Positions 27,457 through 37,298 are shown, counted from the stretch's first letter. The stretch: 64,000 nucleotides of DNA from Arachnia sp. (GCA_047602285.1 JASGHR010000001.1:1326638-1390637), one strand, 5' to 3'. Notes: generated by a model from the letters alone, not told the origin. Numbers and translations are program-made.

Positions 27457-27531
27457 TGCTCTCCTATCGGGTGTGGGGCCGCCCATTCAAGGGCGGCCCC
27501 ACGAGGCTGTGAGTCAGGGAAAAACAGCGGG

Positions 27532-28590
27532 TCAGAAGCCGAAGCTGTCGACGTTGTCCTTGTTGATCACGATCCAGCCGGCACCCTCGAGCACCTTCTC
27601 GCTGCCCTCGGACGGCTTGACCTCCTCGTAGCCCTTGACGCCCAGGTTGATGGGGGCGTCCAGCGACTCCTTGTCGAGGATCTTGCGCGCGAGCTCGGCC
27701 ATGGCGTAGCCGGCATCGGCCGGATCCCACAGGGTGAGCGCGTGCACGAGGCCCTTCTCGAGGATCTGCTTGTTGGCCTCCGGCATGCCGGTGCCCGCGG
27801 TGAAGAACTTGCCCTGCAGGCCGAGCTCCTCGATGGCACGCGCCACACCGGGGGCGTCGAACGACGAGGTGCCCATGATGCCCTTGAGGTCCGGGTACTT
27901 CTTGATGAGCTCCTTGGCGGTCTGGTAGGCCACCTCGCCGTCGTCCTGCGACTCGACGCGGGGCTCCGCCTCGAGGAGCTTCATGTTCGGGTACTGCTGC
28001 TTCTGGTGCTCGACGCCGCCGTCGGCCCACTCGTTGTGGGAGGCGTTGGTGACGTGGCCCACCATCGTGGTGTAGAGGCCCTCGCCGCCCATGCCCTCGG
28101 CCAGGTTGTCCATGATGAAGCCGCCGTAGGCCTTGTTGTTGAAGGCCTCGAGGTCGTACTGCGTGTTCTGCTGCGAAGCACCCTCGTGCGTGACGACGAC
28201 GATGCCGGCGTCCATGGCCTCCTTGAGGACCGGCTCGAGCGCACCCGGATCCACCGGGACGACGCAGAGCGCGCTGACCTTCTCGGCGATGAGGCTGCGG
28301 ATCACGCCGGCCTGCTGCGTGGCGTCGGTGGCCGCGGGACCCTTCTGGTACACGTCGAGGCCCTTGTCGGCGGCGTACTTCTTGACGCCTACCTCCATGC
28401 GGACGAACCACGGGTTGGTCGAGTCCTTGGGGACGATGACGATGGTGTGCTTGCCGCCACCGCCGCTGCCACCGTCGCCCGAGGGCTTGGTGGTGTTGTT
28501 CGGGGTCGCCGTGTCGTCGTTGCAGGCACTGAGGCCCACAGCGGCCGCGACCGCGATGCCGTTGATCTGGATGAAGAGACGCCGCTTCAT
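27532..28590 (-). CDS. sugar ABC substrate-binding lipoprotein (PBP type I)
   Basis: The 661-aa ORF was trimmed to the ATG at 28590 (MKRRLF...). Lipobox is VGLSAC. The periplasmic-binding-protein-like sequence includes VVTHEG. Confidence 0.8.
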   Translation of the reverse strand: MKRRLFIQINGIAVAAAVGLSACNDDTATPNNTTKPSGDGGSGGGGKHTIVIVPKDSTNPWFVRMEVGVKKYAADKGLDVYQKGPAATDATQQAGVIRSLIAEKVSALCVVPVDPGALEPVLKEAMDAGIVVVTHEGASQQNTQYDLEAFNNKAYGGFIMDNLAEGMGGEGLYTTMVGHVTNASHNEWADGGVEHQKQQYPNMKLLEAEPRVESQDDGEVAYQTAKELIKKYPDLKGIMGTSSFDAPGVARAIEELGLQGKFFTAGTGMPEANKQILEKGLVHALTLWDPADAGYAMAELARKILDKESLDAPINLGVKGYEEVKPSEGSEKVLEGAGWIVINKDNVDSFGF

Positions 28591-28650
28591 GGGAGTCCGT
28601 CCTTTCGAGGCCCTGGTGTGATACGCCGGGGCGGCCCTGCCCCTGGCTTC

Positions 28651-28666
28651 CTTAAAACGCTTTAAG
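28651..28666. promoter_or_regulatory. candidate LacI-family operator
   Basis: CTTAAAACGCTTTAAG is 14/16 palindromic and centred on CG. It lies in the divergent region between the binding-protein gene and the LacI gene. Confidence 0.4.
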
Positions 28667-28756
28667 TGCGTTGCGGGAGAGACTACTCTGAGGCGAGCAG
28701 AGAGTCCACCACCGCCGGTGAGATCGATATCTTTCCGTGATCTAGAGTGAGGAGCC

Positions 28757-29779
28757 GTGGTGTCCCCCATCCTGTCGCCTGAGGGCGAGCGACCGCGCAT
28801 CGTCGACGTCGCAGCGCTCGCGGGCGTCTCCCCCGGCACCGTCTCGAACACGCTGAACCATCCCGAGCGCGTCAACGTCGACACCCGCACCCGGGTCACC
28901 GCGGCGATCGAGCGGCTGGGGTTCGTACGCAACCAGCAAGCCCGCGTCCTGACCGGCGCGCCGAGCACCACGCTGGGCCTCATCGTCGTGGACCTGCAGA
29001 GCCCGTTCTTCATGGAACTCGCCCACGCCGTCGAACGGGCCGCCTCGATGCTCGGGCACGTCGTCATCATGTGCAACTCGGAGAACGACCTCGACCGCGA
29101 AGCCCAGCTGATGGAAGTGCTAGCCAGCCAGCGCGTGGCCGGAGTGCTGCTCACCCCCGCAGGCGGACGACACGACAGGACACCCGTCGGCCCGCCGACG
29201 GTGTTGATCGACGAGGAGAGCCCCGCCCACCCGTGCTCCGTGCGCGTCGACCATGTCGAGGGCGGCCGCCAGGCCGCCCAACACCTCATCGACCTCGGCC
29301 ACCGTCGCCTCGCGTTCGTCGGCGGTCGCCCCGACCTCGGCCAGTTCCAGCAGCGCGTCGTCGGCATGCAGCGCGCGATGGCAGAGGCCGGCCTCGACCC
29401 CGCCGGTCTCGTCATCACCCGCTCCGACGGCATCAACCTGGAGAGCGGCGAGGCCTCCGCACGGCGACTCCTCGCCATGACCGACCGGCCCACCGGCCTG
29501 TGCTGCGGCAACGACATGCTCGCCTTCGGCGTGTACCGCGCGCTCGACCGCGCCGGCGTTCGCGTGCCGCAGGACGTGGCGCTCGTCGGCTACGACGACG
29601 TGGCGTTCGCCGCCAACTGGATCGTCCCCCTGACCACCGTGCGGCAGCCGACCCGCGAGATGGGCCGCCGCGCAGCCGAGCTGCTGCTGGAGCACGCCTC
29701 CGGCGGCCCGCACGAGCACCAGCGCGTGCTGCTCACCCCCGAACTGATCGTCCGGCGCTCGAGCGGCGTCGACGCCTGA
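28757..29779 (+). CDS. LacI-family transcriptional regulator
   Basis: GTG start follows GAGGAG. The HTH is IVDVAALAGVSPGTVSNTLNHP, followed by a periplasmic-binding-like effector domain. Confidence 0.85.
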   Translation: MVSPILSPEGERPRIVDVAALAGVSPGTVSNTLNHPERVNVDTRTRVTAAIERLGFVRNQQARVLTGAPSTTLGLIVVDLQSPFFMELAHAVERAASMLGHVVIMCNSENDLDREAQLMEVLASQRVAGVLLTPAGGRHDRTPVGPPTVLIDEESPAHPCSVRVDHVEGGRQAAQHLIDLGHRRLAFVGGRPDLGQFQQRVVGMQRAMAEAGLDPAGLVITRSDGINLESGEASARRLLAMTDRPTGLCCGNDMLAFGVYRALDRAGVRVPQDVALVGYDDVAFAANWIVPLTTVRQPTREMGRRAAELLLEHASGGPHEHQRVLLTPELIVRRSSGVDA

Positions 29780-29828
29780 AAAACTGCTGATCCGTCAGGT
29801 GTCGGCTGCGTCGGAGAGGGGTCCGCGT

Positions 29829-30680
29829 GCACAAATCTCTGTATACGGGCAGCCGCGCAATTATTCGCGTGGCTGCCCGTATACGGAGATTTGTGCGCGT
29901 GTGAGGGTGTGACTCCTGGTCTGCGGGGATCGCGAGTGTGGGTTTCGGACCCTTCGAGACGCAGCCCCGCGAGATCCTCGCTCGGTGTCAGCAGATCTGC
30001 GGGGCCGCTCCTCAGGGACCGATCCTTGAGCCGAGCCCCCGCGCGAAGCGCCGGGGCTCGTGTCGAAAGGTCCCGCACTCGCGCAGGAGGCCGCGGCAGC
30101 ATCGCCAGCGCTGGAGTAACGGACCCTTCGAGACGCAGCCCCGCATCAGTTCCGCTCCGCGCACGTCGCCCTGCGGGGCCGCTCCTCAGGGACCGATCCT
30201 TGAGCCGAGCCGCGACGACACCGGTCCTTGAGCCGAGCCCCCGCGCGAAGCGCCGGGCTCGTGTCGAAAGGTCCCGCGCGAAGCGCAGGAAGCCACGGCA
30301 ACATCGCCAGCGCTGGGGTAACGGACCCTTCGAGACGCAGCCCCGCATCAGTTCCGCTCCGCGCACGTCGCCCTGCGGGGCTGCTCCTCAGGGACCGATC
30401 CTTGAGCCGAGCCGCGAAGACACCGATCCTTGAGCCGCGCCCCCGCGCGAAGCGCCGGGCTCTTGGTCGTTAGGTCCCGCACCCGCACGGAGGACCGACC
30501 TAGCACCCCCAAGCACTACCATCGCAGACCGGCATCGGTTTCGGACCCTTCGAGACGCAGCCCCGCAGCAGTTCCACTCGGCGCACGTCGCCCTGCGGGG
30601 CTGCTCCTCAGGGACCGGTGTGGGCTGCTCTCCTCAGGGACCGATGCCGGTTGCTCCTCAGGGACCGACGTGCTCGCACA
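29829..30680. repeat. Intergenic structured repeat block C3 (E1 family, forward), led by hairpin H2 copy 2 (29829-29896)
   Basis: H2 arms GCACAAATCTCTGTATACGGGCAGCC / GGCTGCCCGTATACGGAGATTTGTGC match 25/26. Four GGACCCTTCGAGACGCAGCCCCGC...GCGGGGC(T/C)GCTCCTCAGGGACCG units follow (about 29945, 30120, 30322, 30543). They are interleaved with CCTTGAGCCGAGCCCCCGCGCGAAGCGCCGGG(G)CTCGTGTCGAAAGGTCCCGC modules. Confidence 0.9.
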
Positions 30681-30699
30681 CCCCCACGTCGTCACGGTT

Positions 30700-30749
30700 C
30701 GATGAGCACGTGCTCATCGGCCACCGATGCGAGGTGTGTCGTGCTCATC
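30700..30749. repeat. E2-family palindrome (GATGAGCACG ends), short copy
   Basis: CGATGAGCACGTGCTCATCG (30700-30719) is a perfect 20-bp palindrome. A further CGTGCTCATC lies at 30740-30749. Confidence 0.8.
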
Positions 30750-30944
30750 GGCGTCACAGAACCTGGGGCGGTTCAGGGGCCCCGACACACAGACCCCTTC
30801 CCAGGGACCACGACGCCGTTCTGGCTCGGCTCGAACATCGCGCTCAGATGGCACCTGATCAGCTGTTCACTGGCGGACGGATTCGCTCCCCTGAACGGGC
30901 CGAAGTAAGGTGACCCTAACCTCGTCGCGACCTCGGAGGAACCC

Positions 30945-31850
30945 GTGACCACAGCACTGCCCACCAGCGCGTTCTTCCGCGTCCGCGTGAGCGCGATCGC
31001 CGACATCACGCCGACATTCCGTCGCTTCACGCTCACCGGCGACGACGTGGCGCACTTCGGCGATCCCGGCTTCGACCAGCGCATCAAGGTGGTCTTTCCC
31101 ACCCCTGAGGCGGGGCTCGACGCGATGCCGGTGGGCGACGACTGGTACCTCCAGTGGCGGAGTCTGCCCGAGGACCGCCGCCCGCCGTTTCGCACGTACA
31201 CCACCCGCTACGTGCGGGCCGAGCAGCGCGAGCTCGACGTCGACATGGTGGCCCACGACGTGCTCGGGCCCGCATCCGACTGGATCGCCCGGGCACGCGT
31301 GGGCGACGAGCTGCTCGTCTTCGGGCCGACGACGGCCCAGTCCGGCGTCAGCTTCGGCATCGACTTCGTGCCGCCGGCGCGCGCCGACCGCATCCTCCTC
31401 GCAGGCGACGAGACGGCTGCCCCGGCGATCGCCGCCATCCTCGAGCAGCTGCCCGCCGACGCGCGCGGCGAGGTCGTCGTCGAGCTCCCCCACGCCGACG
31501 ACGCGGCCTACTTCCCGCGCCACCCGGGCTTCGAGGTGCGCGCCGCCGCGCGGCCCGGCGGCCGCCACGAGCATCTGATTCCCGCAGTGCGGGACGCCGC
31601 TCTGCGGCTGGCGCCGCCCGGCGAGGGATCCGCCGTCGAGGAGGTGGACATCGACACCGACATCCTCTGGGAGGTGCCGCGCACCGCAAAGGGCGGGGCC
31701 GCGCTCAAGAGCGCGCCGCTCTACGCCTGGCTGGCCGGCGAGGCCGGCGCCATCAAGGCCCTGCGCCGACACCTCGTCTCCGAGCTGGGCGTGGATCGCC
31801 GCGCCGTCGCATTCATGGGCTACTGGCGGCTCGGCCGCGCGGAGAACTGA
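30945..31850 (+). CDS. siderophore-interacting protein (FAD-binding, ViuB-like)
   Basis: GTG start. Supporting segments are ...FRRFTLTGDDVAHF.DPGFDQRIKVVFP..., ...YTTRYVR..., AGDETAAPAIAAILEQLP, and the C-terminal AFMGYWRLGRAE. Confidence 0.75.
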   Translation: MTTALPTSAFFRVRVSAIADITPTFRRFTLTGDDVAHFGDPGFDQRIKVVFPTPEAGLDAMPVGDDWYLQWRSLPEDRRPPFRTYTTRYVRAEQRELDVDMVAHDVLGPASDWIARARVGDELLVFGPTTAQSGVSFGIDFVPPARADRILLAGDETAAPAIAAILEQLPADARGEVVVELPHADDAAYFPRHPGFEVRAAARPGGRHEHLIPAVRDAALRLAPPGEGSAVEEVDIDTDILWEVPRTAKGGAALKSAPLYAWLAGEAGAIKALRRHLVSELGVDRRAVAFMGYWRLGRAEN

Positions 31851-31866
31851 CGCCGCGCGAACCGGG

Positions 31867-32736
31867 CTATCGGGAGGTGAGCCGGCGCAGCGCCTCGAGG
31901 TAGCGCTCGCGCGTCGCCTCGACGATCGCGGCAGGCAGCGCGGGCGGAGGGGTGTCGGAGGCCTTGTCCCAGCCGGATTCCTTGGCCAGCCAGTCGCGCA
32001 CGTACTGCTTGTCGAAGCTGGGCAGCGCGCCGCCCGGGGTCCACAGCTCGGCGTCCCAGAACCGCGAGGAGTCCGGCGTCAGCACCTCGTCGGCGAGGAC
32101 GAGCGTGCCGTCGGCGCGGCGGCCGAACTCGAACTTCGTGTCCGCGAGGATGATGCCCCGTTCGGCGGCGATGCCCTCGGCGCGGGAGTAGATGGCCAGG
32201 GTGAGGTCACGCAGGCGGGTGGACAGCTCCTCGCCGTGGATGCGCGCGATGGTCTCGAAGTCGACATTCTCGTCGTGCTCCCCCAGCGGAGCCTTGATGG
32301 CGGGCGTGAAGATCGGGGTGGGGAGCTTGTCGCCGTCGCGCAGGCCGTCGGGCAGCGGGATGCCGCACACCGTCCGCGACTGCTGGTACTCCACCCAGCC
32401 GGAGCCGGTGAGGTAGCCGCGCGCGACGCACTCCACCTCCACCATGTCGAGGGCCTCGACGACGGTGGCCCGGCCCGCGACCGCGTCGGGCACATCGGTG
32501 CTCACCACGTGGTTGTCGACGATGTCGGCCAGCTGCTCGAACCACCACAGGCTGAGCTGCGTGAGGATCTCGCCCTTGCCGGGGATGGGGGTGCTCAGCA
32601 CATGGTCGAACGCGGAGATGTTGTCCGTGGCGACCATCAGGATGCGGGGCACGCCGTCGACGTCGAGGTCGTAGAGCTCGCGGACCTTGCCCGCGTGCCG
32701 GAGGGGCAGATGCAACAGCTCACCGTACTGACTCAC
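31867..32736 (-). CDS. purC: phosphoribosylaminoimidazole-succinocarboxamide synthase
   Basis: 289 aa with GKVRELYD, ATDNISAFD and LADTKFEFG, which are SAICAR synthetase signatures. Confidence 0.9.
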   Translation of the reverse strand: MSQYGELLHLPLRHAGKVRELYDLDVDGVPRILMVATDNISAFDHVLSTPIPGKGEILTQLSLWWFEQLADIVDNHVVSTDVPDAVAGRATVVEALDMVEVECVARGYLTGSGWVEYQQSRTVCGIPLPDGLRDGDKLPTPIFTPAIKAPLGEHDENVDFETIARIHGEELSTRLRDLTLAIYSRAEGIAAERGIILADTKFEFGRRADGTLVLADEVLTPDSSRFWDAELWTPGGALPSFDKQYVRDWLAKESGWDKASDTPPPALPAAIVEATRERYLEALRRLTSR

Positions 32737-32764
32737 GGCGTTACCCTACTGGCCCGGCGCGATG

Positions 32765-33163
32765 TCAGCCGGCCTGGACCGCCGACGCCGACGAGGACGC
32801 CTCGACGTCGATACTGCGGACGCCGATCATGCCGAGGAACGAGGTCTCGTATCGGCCGCGCACGGTGACCTCCGACCGCTGGCCCACGACGCTCACGGCC
32901 GGGTCCCAGCCCGCGGCGACGACGTAGGCGACGGCGGCCCGCTTGGCAGCGCCGACGTTCAGCACCGGACCGTCCGCGGTGAGCGTGAGCTGCTGCGTCG
33001 CTGCGCGGGCCGCCTGTCCTGCGACAGCCCTGGCCTCCTGCTCGGCGGCCGCGTGGCCCGCGAGGTCGACGCCGAGGCCGACGGCGATGATGAAGGCGGG
33101 GATCATGACCGCGGTCCACACCGACAGTGCCAAGCCGCGCTCGCCGCGCACTGAACCGTTCAT
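32765..33163 (-). CDS. TadE/TadG-like pilus assembly (minor pilin-like) protein
   Basis: The ORF was trimmed to the ATG at 33163. GERGLALSVWTAVMIPAFIIAVGLGVDLAGHAAAEQEARAVAGQAARAA matches the TadE-like N-terminal pattern. Confidence 0.55.
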   Translation of the reverse strand: MNGSVRGERGLALSVWTAVMIPAFIIAVGLGVDLAGHAAAEQEARAVAGQAARAATQQLTLTADGPVLNVGAAKRAAVAYVVAAGWDPAVSVVGQRSEVTVRGRYETSFLGMIGVRSIDVEASSSASAVQAG

Positions 33164-33344
33164 CGGCCCTCCCCTCGCCTGCGGCCCATTCAACCAACTC
33201 CGGCCGCGCGGGTACAGAGGGCGGCCGCGCGCTGTGGACAACCCGATGAGAGGACTCTCATGCGACGCTCACGGCCCTCTCACCCGCGGCCGGTGAACTG
33301 ATCCCATCGCAGGCACCCCCGCCCTGAACGACTAAGGAGTCATC

Positions 33345-33950
33345 ATGAACACCACGAAGCTTCGGAAGCTCGCCGCCACCGGGTTCGCCGCCGCGCTCGC
33401 CGGCGGCCTGGCCCTTTCCTTCTCACCCCTGGCGGCCGACGCCGCCACCTACACGTGCAACGGGCAGCGCGCCACGATCGTCGGCACCAACGGCAACGAC
33501 GACATCGTCGGCACCTCGGGCCGCGACGTGATCGTCTCGCTCGGCGGGCACGACGAGATCGACGGCCGCGGCGGCAACGACATCATCTGCTCCGGCTCGG
33601 GCAACGACGAGGTGGAGGGCGGCAGCGGCAACGACTGGATCGACGCGGGCTCCGGCCACGACGAGGTCGACGGCGACTCCGGTCACGACGTCATCCGCGG
33701 CGGCTCCGGCCACGACAGCCTCGAGGGCGGCAGCGGCAACGACACCATCTACGGCGGCACCGGGAACGACCACATCGAGGGCGACTCGGGCAACGACAAG
33801 CTCTCCGGCCAGGACGGCCACGACCTCGTCGAGGGCAACCGCGGCACGGACAAGCTGAGCGGCGGCGCGGGCCGCGACATCCTCGCGCAGGGCTCGGTCT
33901 CCGAGCGCGTCGAGGACCGCTGGGAGGACAGGTACGGCTACGACGACTGA
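33345..33950 (+). CDS. secreted calcium-binding RTX-repeat protein
   Basis: The signal peptide ends ...LAADA. About a dozen GGxGxD-type nonapeptide repeats follow (GGSGNDWIDAGSGHDEVDGDSGHDVIRGGSGHD...). Confidence 0.8.
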   Translation: MNTTKLRKLAATGFAAALAGGLALSFSPLAADAATYTCNGQRATIVGTNGNDDIVGTSGRDVIVSLGGHDEIDGRGGNDIICSGSGNDEVEGGSGNDWIDAGSGHDEVDGDSGHDVIRGGSGHDSLEGGSGNDTIYGGTGNDHIEGDSGNDKLSGQDGHDLVEGNRGTDKLSGGAGRDILAQGSVSERVEDRWEDRYGYDD

Positions 33951-33970
33951 GCGTCGCCGACACCGTGAGC

Positions 33971-34003
33971 GACGGCCGCCCGCAGGCTCTGCGGGCGGCC
34001 GTC
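33971..34003 (+). terminator. GC-rich stem-loop after the RTX gene
   Basis: GACGGCCGCCCGCAG and CTGCGGGCGGCCGTC are perfect 15-nt complements around a 3-nt centre. There is no U-tract, so this would be an actinobacterial-type terminator. Confidence 0.55.
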
Positions 34004-34085
34004 GTCGTGTGTCGGGCGCGTGACAGTTCGCCGGTATTTTCCGCAAACCCTAGTGAGTGCCCCCTGAGGGTGGTTACCGTGGAAC

Positions 34086-34835
34086 ATGGCGCCGACTTCC
34101 ACAGTTCCCCTGATCGAGGTGCGAAGAGTCAACAAGTACTTCGGCCAGCACCACGTCCTCAAGGACATCGACATGTCCGTCACCAAGGGTGAGGTCGTGG
34201 TCGTGATCGGCCCGTCGGGCTCCGGCAAGTCCACTCTCTGCCGCGCCATCAACCGCCTGGAGACCATCGATTCCGGCGAGATCCTGATCGACGGCGTGCT
34301 CCTCCCGCAGGAGGGCAAGGACCTCGCCAAGCTGCGCAGCGACGTCGGCATGGTGTTCCAGGCCTTCAACCTCTTCGCCCACAAGACGGCGCTCGAGAAC
34401 GTGACGCTGGCCCCCATCAAGGTCCGCAAGGTGCCGAAGGCCCAAGCCGAGCAGCGGGCGATGGAGCTGCTGACCCGCGTCGGCGTCGCGGACCACGCCA
34501 AGAAACTGCCCGCGCAGCTGTCGGGCGGCCAGCAGCAGCGCGTCGCCATCGCCCGGTCGCTGGCGATGGACCCGAAGGTGATCCTGCTCGACGAACCCAC
34601 CAGCGCGCTGGACCCCGAGATGATCAACGAGGTGCTCGACGTCATGGTCGAGCTGGCCCGAAGCGGCATGACCATGGTGGTGGTCACCCACGAGATGGGA
34701 TTCGCCAGGAAAGCCGCTGACCGCGTGGTCTTCATGGCCGACGGCGTCATCGTCGAGGAGGCCACCCCCGAGGAGTTCTTCACCAACCCCAGATCCGACA
34801 GAGCAAAGGACTTCCTCTCGAAGATCCTGTCCTAG
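34086..34835 (+). CDS. gluA: glutamate/polar amino acid ABC transporter ATP-binding protein
   Basis: Walker A is GPSGSGKST, the signature is [13 protein letters not shown], and Walker B is [11 protein letters not shown]. It is the first gene of a four-gene ATPase/binding-protein/permease/permease operon. Confidence 0.85.
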   Translation: MAPTSTVPLIEVRRVNKYFGQHHVLKDIDMSVTKGEVVVVIGPSGSGKSTLCRAINRLETIDSGEILIDGVLLPQEGKDLAKLRSDVGMVFQAFNLFAHKTALENVTLAPIKVRKVPKAQAEQRAMELLTRVGVADHAKKLPAQLSGGQQQRVAIARSLAMDPKVILLDEPTSALDPEMINEVLDVMVELARSGMTMVVVTHEMGFARKAADRVVFMADGVIVEEATPEEFFTNPRSDRAKDFLSKILS

Positions 34836-34883
34836 ACCGTCAACGATCCCATTCCCATATCCCCGAAGAGAAGGAGAAAGACC

Positions 34884-35726
34884 ATGAAGCGGTTCACACT
34901 GGCAGGAGGCGCCGTCGCCCTGGCGGCCGCCATTGCCCTGACAGCCTGCGGAGGCGACACCGGGAAGGCGTCCGACTTCCCCGAGGGGAGCACGATGGCC
35001 AAGCTCGCCAAGGCGGGCTCCATCACCATCGGCACCAAGTTCGACCAGCCGCTGTTCGGCCTGATGGGCCCCGACGCGGTGCCCGAGGGCTTCGACGTCG
35101 AGATCGGGAAGCTGGTGGCCTCGAAACTGGGCATCGCCGCGGACAAGATCAAGTGGGTGGAGACGGTCTCGCAGAACCGCGAGCCGTACATCCAGAACGG
35201 GCAGGTCGACATCGTCATCGCCACCTACACGATCAACGACAAGCGCAAGGAGGTCATCGACTTCGCGGGGCCCTACTACATCGCGGGCCAGTCGTTCCTC
35301 GTGCCGAAGGGCAACCCGAAGGGCATCACCAGCACCGACACCGTGGGCGACAACAAGTTCTGCACAGTGACCGGCTCCACGTCGGAGAAGAACATCAAGG
35401 AGTTCACGCAGAACGTCGTGACGCTCGACAAGTACTCCGACTGCCTCGAGCCGATCCGCACCGGCGAGGCGCAGGCCCTGACCACGGACAACGTGATCCT
35501 CGCGGGCCTGGTGGCGCAGAACCCCGACGAGTTCGAGGTGGTCGACTACACCTTCACGAAGGAGCCGTACGGCATCGGGCTGAAGAAGGGCGACAACGAC
35601 TTCCGCGCGTTCATCAACGACACGCTCGACGCCGCCTACAAGGACGGCTCGTGGAAGAAGGCCTGGGAGGACACGGCGGGCAAGGTGCTGCCGACGCCCG
35701 AGCCGCCGCCGGTCGACCGGTACTGA
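34884..35726 (+). CDS. gluB: glutamate ABC transporter substrate-binding lipoprotein
   Basis: Lipobox is IALTACGG, followed by a PBP type II sequence (GFDVEIGKLVA...). Confidence 0.8.
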   Translation: MKRFTLAGGAVALAAAIALTACGGDTGKASDFPEGSTMAKLAKAGSITIGTKFDQPLFGLMGPDAVPEGFDVEIGKLVASKLGIAADKIKWVETVSQNREPYIQNGQVDIVIATYTINDKRKEVIDFAGPYYIAGQSFLVPKGNPKGITSTDTVGDNKFCTVTGSTSEKNIKEFTQNVVTLDKYSDCLEPIRTGEAQALTTDNVILAGLVAQNPDEFEVVDYTFTKEPYGIGLKKGDNDFRAFINDTLDAAYKDGSWKKAWEDTAGKVLPTPEPPPVDRY

Positions 35727-35754
35727 GGCCACGAGGAACGAGGAGGAGGCGCCC

Positions 35755-36402
35755 ATGCAGGCCGTGTTGTCCAACCTGGACACGTACTGGCTGGGGTTCA
35801 GGGGAACCCTCGAGCTGCTGGTCGTCGGCGGCCTGGGCGCCCTCCTCCTCGGCACCTTCGTCGCGCTGCTGCGCATCTCGCCCATCACGAGCCTCCGCGC
35901 GGTCGCCGTCGGCTATACCGAGCTGATCCGCAACACGCCGCTGACGCTGGTGTTCTTCTTCATCATCGTGGTGCTGCCCGCGCTGCAGATGGGCCTGAAC
36001 GCGAAGGTGGGCGCGTACATCGCGCTCGGCCTCTACACGTCGGCGTTCGTGGCGGAGGCCATCCGGTCCGGCATCAACGGCGTGCCGGTGGGCCAGGCCG
36101 AGGCGGCCCGATCCGTCGGGCTGCGGTTCGGCCAGACGGTGCGGCTCATCATCCTGCCGCAGGCCCTCCGCATGGTGGTGCCGCCGATGATCAACATCCT
36201 GATCGCGCTCACCAAGAACACCTCGGTGGCCGGCGGCTTCCTCGTCGTGGAGCTGTTCTACGTCTCGAAGGGGCTGGCCAACGAGAACGGCAATGCCGTC
36301 ATCCCGATCCTGCTCGGCATCGCGGCCTGCTACCTGGTGATCACCATCCCGCTCGGCCTCGTCGCCGCGCGGATCGAGCGGAGGGTGGCGATGCAGCGAT
36401 GA
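35755..36402 (+). CDS. gluC: amino acid ABC transporter permease
   Basis: 215-aa polytopic protein with His/Glu/Gln-type permease motifs (...EAARSVGL...ILPQALR...). Confidence 0.8.
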   Translation: MQAVLSNLDTYWLGFRGTLELLVVGGLGALLLGTFVALLRISPITSLRAVAVGYTELIRNTPLTLVFFFIIVVLPALQMGLNAKVGAYIALGLYTSAFVAEAIRSGINGVPVGQAEAARSVGLRFGQTVRLIILPQALRMVVPPMINILIALTKNTSVAGGFLVVELFYVSKGLANENGNAVIPILLGIAACYLVITIPLGLVAARIERRVAMQR

Positions 36403-37298
36403 GCACCTCTTCCATCCTCTACGACGCCCCCGGCCCCAAGGCCCGTCGGCTGTCCCGGGTGGTCTCCGTGATCTCCGCCGTCGTGATCGGCGGGGGTTTC
36501 GCCTGGCTGCTCTGGTCCCTGGGCCAGCCCCGTGTCACGGTCAACGGCGCGACGCTCACGGGGCTCTGGAGTCCTGAGCGCTGGGACATCTTCGGCGACC
36601 CGCGGGTCTGGAAGCGCCTGCTGTTCGACGGCCTGCTGCTCGGCACACTGCGTGCCGCGGGCCTCGCCGCGGTACTTTCGCTGGTCTTCGGCGTGCTGCT
36701 CTGCTTCGCCCGCACGGCTCCTCAGGCGTGGGTGCGCACGCCCGCGGCGGTGCTGCTGGAGTTCTTCCGCGGCATGCCGGTGCTGCTGATGATGCTCTTC
36801 ATCCTGCTGGCGCTGGGCACCGGCGGCTTCACCGCCGTGGTGCTGGCGCTGACGCTCTACAACGGCTCGGTCATCGGCGAGGCGCTGCGGGCGGGGCTGG
36901 CCGCGCTGCCGAAGGGGCAGCGGGAGGCGGGACTCTCGCTCGGCCTCACCTCGTTCCAGACGAGGCTGCTCGTGGAGTTCCCGCAGGCGTTCCGGCAGAT
37001 GCTGCCGATCATCGTCGCGCAGCTGGTGGTGCTGCTGAAGGACACCTCGCTGGCCTACGTGGTCTCCTACCCGGAGATCCTGCGCGTGTCCTACCAGCTG
37101 AAGGACTACTACGGCTCGACGCGGTACTCGTTCTCGCTGTTCATCGTGGTGCTGCTGACCTACCTCGCGGTGAACCTCGCGCTCTCGGCCGTGGCCCGCT
37201 GGCTGGCCCGCCGCTCCGGCCCTCGCGAAGGGGCCCTCGACGTCGGCGCCTCGGCCGTCAGGCTGCCCGACGCCGGCGTGGGCGGCGGGGTGGTCTGA
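36399..37298 (+). CDS. gluD: amino acid ABC transporter permease
   Basis: ATGA overlap with gluC. Polytopic, with ...REAGLSLGL... and ...FPQAFRQMLP.... Confidence 0.8.
   Translation: MSTSSILYDAPGPKARRLSRVVSVISAVVIGGGFAWLLWSLGQPRVTVNGATLTGLWSPERWDIFGDPRVWKRLLFDGLLLGTLRAAGLAAVLSLVFGVLLCFARTAPQAWVRTPAAVLLEFFRGMPVLLMMLFILLALGTGGFTAVVLALTLYNGSVIGEALRAGLAALPKGQREAGLSLGLTSFQTRLLVEFPQAFRQMLPIIVAQLVVLLKDTSLAYVVSYPEILRVSYQLKDYYGSTRYSFSLFIVVLLTYLAVNLALSAVARWLARRSGPREGALDVGASAVRLPDAGVGGGVV

Noticed and set aside
25909-28665. Very long antisense or out-of-frame ORFs over real genes. Examples: 25909-28665 (918 aa), 37624-40368 (914 aa), 14157-16121, 47055-48530, 34074-35888, 40996-42204, 45658-47058 and 56487-57635.
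   Set aside because: These are typical shadow ORFs of a high-GC genome. Their translations are R/G/A/D/H-rich without motifs, while the opposite or alternative frame carries unmistakable family signatures (ABC, PntAB, Rhs, aldolase, PurB, kinase, transposase).
27532-29517. The 661-aa ORF, and similar over-extended ORFs (925-2004, 22034-23263, 44057-45589, 44791-47073, 58949-60790, 40759-42318, 53105-53986).
   Set aside because: Only the C-terminal portions are protein-like. Each was trimmed to an internal start that has an RBS and/or a stop-start overlap with the upstream gene. The N-terminal extensions run through neighbouring genes or repeats.
33345-33950. The RTX-repeat protein as a type I secretion substrate or toxin.
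   Set aside because: It has a cleavable-looking N-terminal signal peptide, is only 201 aa, and has no adjacent ABC/MFP/TolC-like genes. It is more likely a small Sec-exported calcium-binding surface protein.
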